A DNA stretch of 50,055 nucleotides, taken from Octopus bimaculoides. Taxonomy: Eukaryota. This document shows, piece after piece, positions 13,161 to 25,429 of the stretch; the first letter of the stretch is position 1, and every line of letters begins with the position of its first letter. A model generated the notes under the pieces. It had not been told where the DNA came from and did not search any database. It saw only the letters and a program-made list of their open reading frames with translations. The position numbers and the translations under genes are program-made. The stretch spans positions 1,949,509 to 1,999,563 of the forward strand of contig NC_068986.1 of NCBI RefSeq assembly GCF_001194135.2, in the 5' to 3' direction.

Positions 13161-13373
13161 TTATACCGTCGTTGACGTTACTGTTCTTGTAGCCGTCACA
13201 GCTACTTACCGCAGCGGAGGCGGCGGCGGCGGCGGCGGCGGCGGTGGCAATAGCAGTGGTGTCACTGTCCTAATCTATTCTTCTGTTTTTGTTGTAGCTG
13301 TTGTTCTTGGTGATTTGCAGCCATTTGTTGCACAGGCGTACGGTGTGGTGCTTTGCCTTATAGCCATTACTAT

Positions 13374-13589
13374 TCCTTTCTACTATAGACACAAGGCCCG
13401 AAATTTTGGGGGAGGGAGCCAATCAATGAGATCGACCCCAGGACGCAACTGGTACTTAATTTATTGACCCCGAAAGGATGAAAGGCAAAGTCGACCTCGG
13501 TGGAATTTGAACTCAGAACGTAATAACAGTCGAAATTCCGCCAAGCATTTCGCCCGGCTTTGCTAACGTTTCTGCCAGCTCGCCGCCTT
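13374..13589 (-). mobile_element. SINE family A, full length
   Basis: Reverse complement of the family A type sequence from TCTACTATAG..CACAAGGCCCG to GCCAGCTCGCCGCCTT. Confidence 0.9.
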
Positions 13590-13942
13590 TTTATAGCCAT
13601 TAAATAGGAGAAGCAGCACCAAGATTATTACTTCTCGCACGGTTTTCATCCTTCAGGTCTCCTATCGATAATTTCAACGCCATGTGTAGATATTTTTAGA
13701 AGAAAGTTCCGGAAATAGGTAATAAATTCCGCCATGAAGGTCTAAACGAACATGAAACTGACCAGGTCCTCGGGATCCTGGTTAGTTTTCAACAAAAGCA
13801 GTATGAAAAAACATGTAACAGTAGACTTTAAAAAATACACTTTACAATCAACAAAGTTAGGAGTGATCTGAAGGAGCGTTTTGCCAATGCAAAAACAAAA
13901 TTATAATAATGACCCNNNNNNNNNNNNNNNNNNNNNNNNNNN

Positions 13943-14268
13943 GGGCTACAGCAAATATTCTACTTAATACCACAGATTTGCTTGTCACTTGTTTGACCTT
14001 AACCAGTTGAGCATGTCCCTTGGTGGCTGACGATATGTGCATCTCTGATCACGAGCAGAAGTAGTGGGGGAGCATCATAGCCATGTGGTGAGAGGAATTC
14101 TTTGGGGTTTTGATAATTCACCTCTGGAAACTTGGGTTTTTGTTCATCATCCTTAAACAAACCTTATTCAGGGACCTTTTGAGTAGAATGGTCTACTCGA
14201 CCTGAAGATAATTCTATCAGGGCTCCACCTGCAAGGTCATGCACTGTTTATCTTGATATGAGATCACC
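13943..14268 (+). repeat. Gap-flanked duplicate of family X segment 14442-14785
   Basis: Identical by eye to the downstream copy wherever both are called; bounded by N runs. Confidence 0.85.
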
Positions 14269-14342
14269 ANNNNNNNNNNCATCACCATCATCATCATCAT
14301 CATCATCATCATCATAATAAAAATAATAAAAATAATAAAAAA

Positions 14343-14915
14343 ATGCCCGGATGCAGTACCAGGCAGTGACTCTCATGGCTTTTGATCTTCACTGATTGGA
14401 AGGGTTATCATGTACATTGTTTTGTTTTCGTATAAGAGATGGGCTACAGCAAATATTCTACTTAATACCACAGATTTGCTTGTCACTTGTTTGACCTTAA
14501 CCAGTTGAGCATGTCCCTTGGTGGCTGACGATATGTGCATCTCTGATCACGAGCAGAAGTAGTGGGGGAGCATCATAGCCATGTGGTGAGAGGAATTNNN
14601 NNNNNNNNNNNNNNNNNNNNNNNNNNNNNNNNNNNNNNNNNNNNNNNNNNNNNNNNNNNNNNTCATCCTTAAACAAACCTTATTCAGGGACCTTTTGAGT
14701 AGAATGGTCTACTCGACCTGAAGATAATTCTATCAGGGCTCCACCTGCAAGGTCATGCACTGTTTATCTTGATATGAGATCACCATGTCGCGCCCATATG
14801 GTTGTGACGCTTGTGCCTGGTGTACCCTTATCAGACAGGTAGTCATGATGGGTATACTGGGCTTCGTATACTTTACCCCAGCGTTACTTTGATAGCTTGC
14901 ACTGCTCTTTCACTC

Positions 14916-14955
<40 letters not shown>

Positions 14956-14980
14956 GTAATAATAGTAATAATAATAATAA
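14343..14980 (+). mobile_element. Retroposon family X, 5'-truncated LINE 3' UTR-like with (AAT)n tail
   Basis: Ends CTCTTTCACTCAATAATAATAAT..; no long ORF; homologous copies at 5385 (+) and 43440 (-). Confidence 0.75.
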
Positions 14981-15508
14981 TAACTAAGCGACATTTGTAG
15001 AGCCTTTTAGCAAAATAATGGTTTCTTTTGCTAAGACTAAAGTACACACTTGGGAATACCAAAGAGAGTGGATGTTTTACTTTATTGAATATATTATTGA
15101 TACTTATTTTACCGACTCCAGTGGCGTGAAAGGAAAAATCGACACTAATAGTTTAAAAAAAATTTATACAGAAAACTGGATCTTCTTTGTCTTATTTTAC
15201 ATTTCTTAAATATTCAGAGTCACTTGTACTTTACTTAAAAATCAAAGAACTTCTTTTCTTTCGTCCTGCTTCATTTTTTTTCTTCCTTTTTCCAGTGCAC
15301 CAGTTTTATAGATTAGTGTATTTTCTCTATTTCTAAGAAAATAACTTGTTTCTCTGGTGATGTGCGTGAATCTTGTTAATTCTTCTTTTTACATTTCAGA
15401 AAATGCTTTCTTCTATTTCGTTCTTTTCCCCACTGATTTCTTCGTTTTCGTTCAATCTTATATGAATAACAGGGTTTAATTCTCCAATTCTCTTTGGCAG
15501 AGAGGTAA

Positions 15509-15579
<71 letters not shown>

Positions 15580-15829
15580 TTTTTTTTTTTTGATCCCTTT
15601 TGATCGAAGTACCCCCTTTTCCTTCCTACGATCCCTTTTGATCGACCCCCCCTTCTTTTTTTTTCCTTCCCCCTCCCAAAAAGAAAAGCTCTACATTGTA
15701 TTTGTCCCATCTTCGTTGAGCCCTGTGTGGCTAATAAAAGAAATGTATCTATCTATCTATCTATTTATCTAAATATCTATCTACCTAAAGCATCGAACAA
15801 TGAATATAAGTAGCGATCGTGATATCCAC

Positions 15830-16190
15830 CACGAAGTGATCGAGCTCAGTAACAATCAATTAAGCAACAACTACTCCAAAAGCATACTCCCCACTCCGAT
15901 TATGAAGAAAAGAGAGGACGAAACCGATAAACTGTCCACAGTCTGTCTACCCTATGTGAAAGGCCTCTCCGAAAAGATACAAAAGATAAGCGACCAATAT
16001 GACACCAGGACAGTATTAAAAAATAATACAACACTTCGCAAATATCTTCTTCGAGTAAAACCACCAATAGAAGAGAATATGAGTAAGAACTGCATGTACT
16101 CCATCCCATGCAGCTGTGGTAGGTTATATAAAGGCGAAACATGGCGCCCCCTCAAAATAAGAGTAGACGAACATCGCAGGCAACATCGCA
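15830..16190 (+). mobile_element. Penelope-like element, RT-linker/GIY-YIG endonuclease fragment
   Basis: VCLPYVKGLSEKIQKI..TRTVLKNNTTLRKYLLRVKPP..NCMYSIPCSCGRLYKGETWRPLKIRVDEHRR matches the PLE consensus LPY..G.SE.I..VYxIxCxCxxxYIGETxRxLxxRxxEH. Confidence 0.9.
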
Positions 16191-16337
16191 GTGGTTGCCT
16201 GCTTGACGAGAAAAAGCGTAATAGATCTCGGATCAACTCTCTTCTAATTCTCGGAAGCAAGGGATAGTATGTGTGATCCTCCATTAACCTTATTCAGTGC
16301 TGAGTAGCCAGTTGTGTGATTGTGTGACAGACAAATG

Positions 16338-16371
<34 letters not shown>

Positions 16372-17459
16372 ATCGAACTCAGTCTTTTAATAACACCTTA
16401 TTTATTTATCTTCTTTGAAGAATGAAAGAAAATGTTGACCTCAGTCAGATTTGAACACAGAATGGAAAGGGCCAGAACAACTCTTACCGCAAACACATGT
16501 GCGATGCTATAACAATGCACTTTAACTTCTAAGCTTACTTGTCGTCGTATCTTTATCTTCATTTTTCGTAGATAAAAAGATGAGCGATAGATCCATCCAT
16601 CTCTCTCTCTCTCTCTCTCTCTTCACTTTCTCTCTTTTTCTTTTTGCCTTTCTCCCTCTCTCTCTCTCTTTCTATCTATCTATCTATCTAGCTAGCTAGC
16701 TATCTTCCATCTTTCTCGCCTTCGTTCTCTCTCTCTCTCCCTCTCTTTGTCTCTTTTTAAGTTCTCATAGGTAATAAGATTTAGCAAGAATCCCGGAACG
16801 ATTTCGACGGAAAAGAACGACGTATGTGTGCTGCATATTACAGGTGAAGTAAAAATGAAGAGGCAATACACAGCACAGCCGACTTCCAGTGACTGCGGCG
16901 GACGTTCGACGCATTTGCAATGAATGGTTTTCTTATAACGCACTTCCTATAGGAACCAATTCCACAGAAAGAGGCCATGTGCTAAATCTCATTGTATCTT
17001 TTTAGTCATCTTTGTAATATTTGCGCAACAGAAAAGCACTAGATTTGCAGAATCAATAGAGCTTCGGGCAAAAATTCTTCGTGGCATTTTGGTACGATTC
17101 TTCAAGTTTTGAGCTGAAATCTCATTAAAGTTAACTTTTCCTTTTATTCTCCTGGGGCCGATAAAAGAAGAACCAGTTAAATATTGGAGCTGATCTAATC
17201 GATTATATTCACTCCGTTTCGAGGTTTTGGCTTGATGAAAAAGAAAAAAATATCAATATTAGAACAATATGAACAAGCCTTTTCTTTTCTATCGTCTATA
17301 TTTTATAATCTTACACTTCTTTTTATCGATGAGATGAAAATGCCGAGGAATGGTTTATAGAATTTCATCTGAAGGATTCTTTCTAGTTAACGGCATCCTG
17401 TGATATATTCGTAATATAATCCATTCTATAAATTTTATACCTTTTCTGCTTTAAGTTAA

Positions 17460-17523
<64 letters not shown>

Positions 17524-17558
17524 TTAAGACTACAGTTGAAGACACTTGACGAAAATTC

Positions 17559-17625
17559 CACGCAGTAGGATTGAACCCAGAGCCAGTGTTGTAAGCCGAG
17601 CACCTTAACCATACAACCATGCCTA
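17559..17625 (-). mobile_element. Isolated tRNA-like SINE head (family B-like)
   Basis: Minus strand reads AGGCATGGTTGTATGGTTAAG..GGTTCAATCCTACTGCGTGG. Confidence 0.6.
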
Positions 17626-17899
17626 TTTAGTCTCGTGGTCAAAGACTTTCTAGCCACGACCATCTGGTATATCTGCGATTATACTGTTCAATATATTCTG
17701 TATTAAATGCGATTATATTGTCCAGTGTGTTCTGTTTTAAATAAAGCAAGGGTGTGAGTTGAGGAAGATCTGGTTGCTATTTCCAATTAGTCGAGTAGCC
17801 ACGTGAAAGCAACCTCATTGCTTCTATTGTTTGTCCGCGTTATATGCAACGCTCACCTGTTGCTGTAAGTATCTCTAATTCCCTGCATGTATGATGGCA

Positions 17900-19060
17900 A
17901 TAGAATTACATAAGAATTACGATAGTTAGGAAGACCTGGAGAAAATATATGCTGACTTCATGACTTCATGATTTTGTATTGCAGTCTTTACACCATGCAA
18001 TGTTAAAGTGGGTTAAGTAAGTATAAGAAGTGTATTGTGAATGTGAAACGCAAAATATGATTTTAAAATCTGTAGAATATTTTCTTTGTTCATATACAAC
18101 TCAAGTCACGCATGTGTATTTAAACAATAGCTATCACCAGGTGTCAGATCGTGTTATGAGCTAACTAAAAAGTGAATACTACCTAACAATTTCATTTAAT
18201 GGTTTATTGATGGAAAATTATTGAAGCAATTATATATGGAAAATAAAATTTCTTTACATAGATTAAAGCAAATATCATTGATGCTTAAATAATAATGTTT
18301 TATTTGGAATGGGAACAAACTGGCATATTTTTTTATATAAGAGAAATGAAAAATGAAATACTATAGACTGAAAGAGCATGTGAAGGTCACCAGGGTCTAT
18401 GTTAGGAATGGTAGAAGTTTCAAGTTTAACTGGAGATGAAACGGAAATTATTTCCAATCTTTCAAACAATAGTTTAAGAAATCTCTTGCCATTTTTAAGT
18501 GAGAGATATTGCAATGGAATTTTTCCAGCTACTTCCATCTTTTCTTTAGTGCTGCATAAATTAAACGATATACATTTATGTAGCAGCAAAGTTTTCATGT
18601 TCCTTGTCAAAAATTTAACTCTGAGTAATTAATCATTAATTGTCACTGCTTATAATATTCTAATCATTCCTCTTTATCGCTTATAGTACAAATTAGTTCG
18701 CTCACAATCTGCTAAATTTTGGTCAGTCGACACATTTTTCTGAAACTTCGGTGTATATTGCAAAGTCCAACAGAAATGTAAAGATCTTGCATTAGAGGAT
18801 ATCTCCATACATTGTTCCGTAGTTTCTAGCTCTTCCCCACAATCATGCATGATGTCATTGGAGAAACTTTATCTCCATTTGTTGAATGTCACCTTGGCTG
18901 TGTCAGCTTTGGTTTTCAGTTGATTCAAGCAGTTCAACTTCACCAGTTTACATTATCAACAGGAAGAGGCTGTTCACTTGCGGCCATTTTTAGTGTTTGT
19001 AGTGAAAGTTCCTCAGGAAGTTCCTAAACTAATTTCGCCTTTAAAATCTAAAACTTAATT
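17900..19060 (-). mobile_element. Highly decayed piggyBac/PGBD-like transposase remnant
   Basis: Scattered minus-strand pieces in the expected order (CERTNLYY; KMARDF; IDPGD..CQFVPIPNK; LSIND; DSYCLN) resemble piggyBac motifs EQTNLY, MSRDRF, LSIDE and GYCLN. Multiple frameshifts. Confidence 0.35.
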
Positions 19061-19225
19061 ATTTTTGCTTTCTACATATGACCAAATCCATAAGTTATGT
19101 CTGAACAACTATCTAGGAGAGAGCAGTTTCTCTCGAATCAACCCGGAAGTGGAGCTGTGGTTAAGAAGTTCGTTCTGTGGAACTGCGTGACACATTGGAC
19201 ATGCCCCTTCTACTATAGTTACATA

Positions 19226-19335
19226 AATCATTTAACTCTCACCCTTTCATCTACTAGCCTTGGAGGCCCTGAAAAATGTCATGGGCGTCACTTTTCCATT
19301 TCTGACATTAAAAAAAAAACTGTATTTCCTTCTCA
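19226..19335 (+). repeat. ~110-bp direct repeat, copy 1 (copy 2 at 20536-20645)
   Basis: AACTCTCACCCTTTCA.CTACTAG.CTTGGAGGCCCTGAAAAATGTCA.GGGCG.CACTTTTC..CTTCTCATATTGTT occurs twice, 1.3 kb apart. Confidence 0.85.
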
Positions 19336-19689
19336 TATTGTTTCTTCCTTTTTTGTTTCTTCTTTATAAATGTCATAGATGCTGCTCAAAAACAAAACAT
19401 CGCCTATAATATGTGTTTCTGAAGACAGCAATTAGGCAGAATTATTAGATCGTTGAAAAGAATGCCCCATGTTTGTTCTGGTTCTCTGCGCATTGATTTC
19501 AAATCCTGTCAAGGTCAACCCCCTTTGTTGCTCATCCTTTCAGAATCGATTAATTAAGTACCAGTAAATGACGAAATTCTTTGAGTGTCGGATGCCACAC
19601 TTAGCAATAACATTTCCGTCCGCCGTGGGATTCTAATCTTGTTGATGACATGGCCACAAGTGATTGCGAAATACTTAGAGAATAGGAGT

Positions 19690-20200
19690 ATAATTGTCTC
19701 TTAGTGCAATGGAATGTTGAGGATTCCAGAACATAATACGTGCTGCGGATAATTCTGAATTTGTGAATATCGCAAAAGGCTGATTGAAAGTATTTTTTCG
19801 TTGTTGTATAAAGAATGTCGAACTGGGCCAATCCCAAAGCATTCGCTAAAATGCAGAAAATGTTTTAATATGGCTAAATTGAAACCGGATTTTAGAGATT
19901 GCGATAATCAACAACAGAAACAACTCAAAACTGACTTTTACATTTTGCGAAATCTTAAAAAATTTTCTGCAGAAGACAACAAAGCAAATAACTTAATGAC
20001 ACCGGACATCTTTAACTATCTTTAATGGTAACACGATGAAGCCTAATTTAATGTCAGCCATTTGGAACGGTAACAAAAGGTGAGTAACACACTGGAATGA
20101 AAACAGATAACATTTGTAATTTATTTTGCAGCTGAGTTAAACTAAAGAACAACATTGAATTTTATCAAGAAATGAGAATTCATTGACTATTTTGAAAATT
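19690..20200 (+). mobile_element. Possible decayed DDE integrase-like (Ginger-type) remnant
   Basis: RIPEH-IRAADNSEFVN resembles G.P..I.SDNG.EF.N, with downstream GQSQS; a 52-bp GTGAGT..TTTTGCAG intron-like segment lies at 20080-20131. Confidence 0.25.
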
Positions 20201-20535
20201 CTATAAATCATTAAAAAATATGTGGCAGTGTGATTAAAAAGTTAGCTTGGGACCTATAGGGTTTAAGGTTAAATTCTGCTTCGCCGTACCTTGGGGAAAA
20301 CTCTCGGGTATAGTAAAGAGCTTTGTGAGTGAATTTTGACTTTACGGTATTTTGGGTAAAAATCTCGGGTTGACAGGGAGCTTTGTGAGTGAAACTTGGT
20401 CGACGGACACTGCGCAGAAGTCTTGTTCTTCGATAGTAGGCTTAAATGCATAGTCCAGTTTAAAACCACCGCCTATATATATGTGCCTTTAGTATTTTTG
20501 TTGCAAGCATTCAAGTCATTTCTCCAGTCTGAGGG

Positions 20536-20645
20536 TAACTCTCACCCTTTCACCTACTAGTCTTGGAGGCCCTGAAAAATGTCACGGGCGCCACTTTTCT
20601 TCTTTGACATGAAAAATATGCATTCCCTTCTCATATTGTTTTTTC
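20536..20645 (+). repeat. ~110-bp direct repeat, copy 2
   Basis: See 19226-19335. Confidence 0.85.
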
Positions 20646-21399
20646 CTTATTCAGATTTAATTATTGATTAAAATTTCTTCCAGCCATATTAATGCTCCAA
20701 ATTAATATTTTTACATCTTTCAGATATGGCAGTTGGCCTAAAAACAGACTTGGAAATTATCAGTTAGCAATCTTCAAAATAGCGACGTAAAAATATCTAA
20801 TCGATTTTTGCCAATATACTTTTATTTATTTGATCTTTTATTTCGTATCGTTGTTATTTGAACCAGAATGTTTTTACTGCAATAGTTTCCTACGCATCTG
20901 AACCAAAATTCATTAAATATGCCATGTATATTTTTTACAGTATTTTCAAAATTATGTAAATCGATAAAAGCATACATATGAATAAATAGTAAATTGAAAT
21001 GTTACATGTTCTATAAAAGATATCTCTGTAGCATTTGAAAATACAGTAGAATTTCCATCTTCTATTTTCTGCATCTTACTCTTACTTTTTCCACTTTTCT
21101 TTTTTTCCGCTAATCTTTCATTCTACTTCGAACAACTTAACTCTGGTATTCCTTCCATTTCTGTCTCTTCCTCTATCTTCTTTCCCCTCTCTCTCTCTCT
21201 ATATATATATATATGTGTGTGTGTGTATGTATGGATATATATATGTGTATGTATGAATCTATCTATCTAGCTGTCTGTTTTCTGATATTACACGATTGAA
21301 TTTCTTATTTTGCTACTCCTAATGCTTATCCACAGGAATCGTATCATGCTTGACCATTCTTCCTCCCAACTTTCCAATTCTGAAACAGCATTCACTCAA

Positions 21400-21710
21400 C
21401 CGCACACTAGACGTAAATATATGTTTAAGGGAATTCTATATTCTGGCAATATTAACACAAACACTGCCTCTAAATCATGCATTAGAACAAAATTATTCAA
21501 AACCCCGTTATTACTAACACCGATATACATTTTACCATCAAGCCAGACATTTTGCTACAACGTTATTCAAATATATTTGGAAACTTAAATTAAATAACAG
21601 GCATAATGACATCAAATAGAAAACCCTTTGTTTCGCCAATCCTTATTCTCACTCCAATACCCTACAGCAAATTTTGTATACTTGAGGATTTAGAAATATT
21701 ATCTTATTAT
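21400..21710 (+). mobile_element. Second Penelope-like GIY-YIG C-terminal remnant (different lineage)
   Basis: GILYSGNINTNTASKSCI..FKT(R)YY..TFYHQARHFATTLFKYIWKLKLNN..IK*KTL..ANPYS matches the PLE pattern FK.RY.NH..SF..T.LSKYIW.LK..I.W.I..PY. Confidence 0.65.
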
Positions 21711-21818
21711 GATCCCTTCTCAGAAGTAATTCCGAATTGGTCTCTTCGTGGTTGCATAAACATTGTAAGGCATTCAATAATTTCAAATGGCTCATTTTTT
21801 GATGAAATGTAATACGAG

Positions 21819-22037
21819 TTAACTCTTTATCATTCAGATTACCCTGTTAAAGGTAATGCTAATGTATTCATCTTGAATTAACCATGCACTATCTCGTAGC
21901 TGCGAAATTTCAATGATGCGATTGCTTATTTTTAGAATGGCATTGTAAGACTGGTGTGAGAGACCGGATCTAGCAGGTTTGAAAAGAAAACAGGTAGAAT
22001 ATTTGGGCCAGATGTGGTTGATATAAATGCTAAAGTG
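21819..22037. mobile_element. piggyBac-type MITE (~215 bp)
   Basis: Left TTAA|CTCTTTATCATT and right AATGCTAAAGTG: 12-bp imperfect TIRs (10/12). The TTAA target is kept on the left only. Confidence 0.55.
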
Positions 22038-22623
22038 AAACAGCTTTTTATATTTTTCGTCTTCCACAATAAAAACACACCAAAATTAGTAGATATTTGG
22101 TTCTTGATAATTAACTAAACATATATTCCTGTGTGAAAACATATTTTACCCAGGCCTAAAATTCTCTCAATTTACACATATTTTTAAGTCACCTCAAACC
22201 ATTCCTAATTTTTTGCATTTTAACCAACCAAGTTACTCTCAAGTTAAATTCATATTATCCTTCCTCCACCGTCTTTACCTCAATCGTTTCTCTCTTTTCT
22301 CCCCCCCCCCCTTATCGTTTATAATTATTAAGCACGCACAATATTTCTCGAGGTCCTTTCGTTAAAATTTGATAATTCGAAAGTTGAAACTTTAAGTAAT
22401 TGTGATACTGATTCTTTTCATTTTTTCTTTTATTTAATTATCCTAGTAATCCACTTCTAGTTTTCTATTTCTCATCCTAGTTCTTGCTTTTATAATACAT
22501 ACATACATACAAACATGCGCACACACACACACACACACTCACATATATGTTTGCATGTATGTACGTACATATGTATGTACTTATATACATATATGAATAT
22601 ATATACATATATACATACATATA

Positions 22624-22680
<57 letters not shown>

Positions 22681-23059
22681 AATACATGCACGCATACACA
22701 CACAATACAAGCTCACACACACACACACACACACACAATACAAGCTCACACATGTCCGTACATGCATAATCGTCTCAGCGTCTGTCTGTGCGTATCCGTT
22801 TCTCTATGTAGATATCTTGAGATGAATCTCTGCTTGTACGTGAGCGACTTCTACGAAACATTGCGTTCTACCATATTCCCAATTCTTATAAAGAGTGAAG
22901 AGAACAACCCTCCAGGGTTACAGATATATCATTGGATACTTTTCAATCCAACGTCTTTGAAATTCAATTTTCTTTTCTTATTTCTTATTCTTTCATTCTC
23001 ACTCTCTTTCTCTCTCTCTCTTACTCCTTCCCTTTCTTAGTGTTTACCTATCAAGGTGT

Positions 23060-23301
23060 CTATCTATCTACCTACCTACCTACCTACCTACCTACCTACC
23101 TACCTACCTACCTATCTATCTATCTATCTGTCTGTCTGTCTGTCTGTCTTTCTTCTGTCTTTCTGTCTGTCTGCCTGTTTGCCTGTCCATCTGGCTATCT
23201 GCTTATCTGCCTGTCTCTCTGACTATCTGTCCGTCTGACTGTCTAGCTGTCTGCCCGTCTATCTGCCTGTCTCTCTGCCTGTCTATCTATCTATCTATCT
23301 G

Positions 23302-23372
<71 letters not shown>

Positions 23373-23406
23373 GTATCGCTCTCTTTCTCTCTCTCTGTCG
23401 TATGCT

Positions 23407-23453
<47 letters not shown>

Positions 23454-23520
23454 TTCTCTCTCTCTCTCTCTCTCTCTCAATCTATCTACCTCTCTATCTA
23501 TCTATTTATTTATCTCTCAA
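23060..23520. repeat. Tetranucleotide mosaic (CCTA)n/(CTAT)n/(CTGT)n/(CT)n
   Basis: Direct reading. Confidence 0.95.
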
Positions 23521-23830
23521 TATATACGTGTGTGCATGTGTGTATCTAAAAGGAGAGAATGATAGAAAGAGAAAGAGGTTCATAGAATGAGTGTGTGTTC
23601 CATCTCTTGCATATCTTCTAACGACCATCTCTCTTCAAAGCACTTCGCTTTCACAGATGTTAGCATCGTTTCCACCATTTTTACCATTTCTGTCCTCCTC
23701 CTCCTCCTCCTCCTCCTCCTCTCCCTCCTCCTCCTCCAAATCATCACCATAATTTATACCTAAACATTTGTATCATTATTCGTCAATATACTGTTTATAG
23801 TTTTTGCAACACCATTTCATAATTCTATCT

Positions 23831-24137
23831 GCGGGCATATGGCGTAGTGGTTAAGAGCGCAGGCTACTAACCCCAAGATTCCGAGTTCAATTCCAAACAG
23901 TGACCTGAATAATAATAATAATAATAATAATAACAATTACAACAACAACAACATCGAAAAATACGTTAGAAATGAGAACTTAGGTCCGAAATTTCCCCAA
24001 GATACCTAATGAAGGATATATCAGCCGAAACGTGTTAACAACAAACAAGATGAGGACAAATATCCGTCAAATGTAAATAATGTAAATAATGTAAATAGTG
24101 TAAATAATGTACATGATTCCTCATCTCTGAAATATAG
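23831..24137 (+). mobile_element. SINE family D: tRNA head + (AAT/AAC)n spacer + Penelope-like 3' region with 9-bp tandem tail
   Basis: A-box TGGCGTAGTGG (23840-23850), B-box GAGTTCAATTCC; 3' part CCTAATGAAGG..CAGCCGAAACGTGTT and (AATGTAAAT)n repeats. Confidence 0.8.
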
Positions 24138-24217
24138 GACTGTATTTCTTTTTCTTGCTTTTTTATTTGCTGACGTCGGTGTCAGGCAATGTTTTATATT
24201 CATCTTCCCTCTCTCTA

Positions 24218-24265
<48 letters not shown>

Positions 24266-24367
24266 GTGTGTCTGTCTGTCTGTCTGTCTGTCTATCTGTC
24301 TGTCTGTCTGTCTGCCTGTCTGTCTGTCTGTCTCGGGCTGCCTCTCTGTGGCTCTCTTTCTGACACT

Positions 24368-24452
<85 letters not shown>

Positions 24453-24455
<3 letters not shown>

Positions 24456-24725
24456 TCTGATCAATAAGTATCCGGACTGTTGCATTAGTAACGAAGCTGC
24501 TAGGCACAGATTGACCTTGAACACTGCTGTGCATACGCACCAAGTTTTAACGTTCTAGCTAATTCCGCTGTTTACAGCAGTACTTGGAAGGAAGGTGTGT
24601 AGCGTGCGATCGTCGCATAGACTATGACTGAGAAAGTTGAGCAAAGAATTTACATCAAATTTTGCCAAAAGCTTGGTGATACCTGCTCAGAAGCCTACGC
24701 AAAGTTTTCAAAAAGTTTTCATCGT
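24453..24725 (+). mobile_element. Mariner 5' end: TIR, 5' UTR and transposase start
   Basis: TA|GTCTGATCAATAAGTATCCGGAC terminus after (TG)n. ORF MTEKVEQRIYIKFCQKLGDTCSEAYAKF matches the mariner EQR..IKFC..LG...SE.Y pattern; truncated. Confidence 0.85.
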
Positions 24726-24984
24726 TCTCGACACAATCAAGGAAATTTTGTGCATATATATATATATAGGGAGAATTCACCAAAAAGAAAAGAAAAGACG
24801 AAGACAGGTGGTGTAGACAACAAACAAATGTATTAGTTTAACGCTCTGGGAAGTGAAAAAGTCTTTAACATTTCGAGCCTAAGCTCTTCCACAGAAAGGA
24901 AAACAGAAAGAAACAAGAAGAGAAAATAAAGAGAGAAAATAAAGAATGTGTAGTGGCTAGCGATCTATCATGACGAAAAGAATG

Positions 24985-25072
<88 letters not shown>

Positions 25073-25429
25073 GACAGACAGACAGATAAATACATACACA
25101 CACACAGGTATGTACATACATGCCTTCATGCCTACATTACATACATACATACATACATACATACAAGTATCAGCATGTTTTTGCATGTCATCCTATCAAA
25201 GCTATCAATTTACCAATATACCTATGTCATATATCTGTGTGTATATCTATGGATAATGTATAGTTTAGTTTATCGTACCCTTGTGTTCTCTGGTGTGAAT
25301 ATGTTACGCTTTTTATAGCATGGCAGTATTTTCAGATGTGTTCATTGTGCGACAAAATCTCGCAGTTCTTTTATATTACTGCTCTCGTGTTTGCAGTATG
25401 TGCTTTGGTATGAGAAAGAGGTGTATGTG

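Noticed and set aside
13204-13245. (GGC)n poly-Ala exon with a minus-strand GTAAGT donor
   Set aside because: All three minus frames hit stops within ~80 bp upstream and there is no acceptor.
16692-16943. 83-aa minus ORF in a CpG-containing patch
   Set aside because: Runs into (GA)n; no recognisable domain or clean exon boundaries.
23831-23900. tRNA gene (also the heads at 12651, 17559, 26860)
   Set aside because: A/B boxes are present but there is no closing acceptor stem or poly-T terminator, and each continues into a repeat body: SINE heads.
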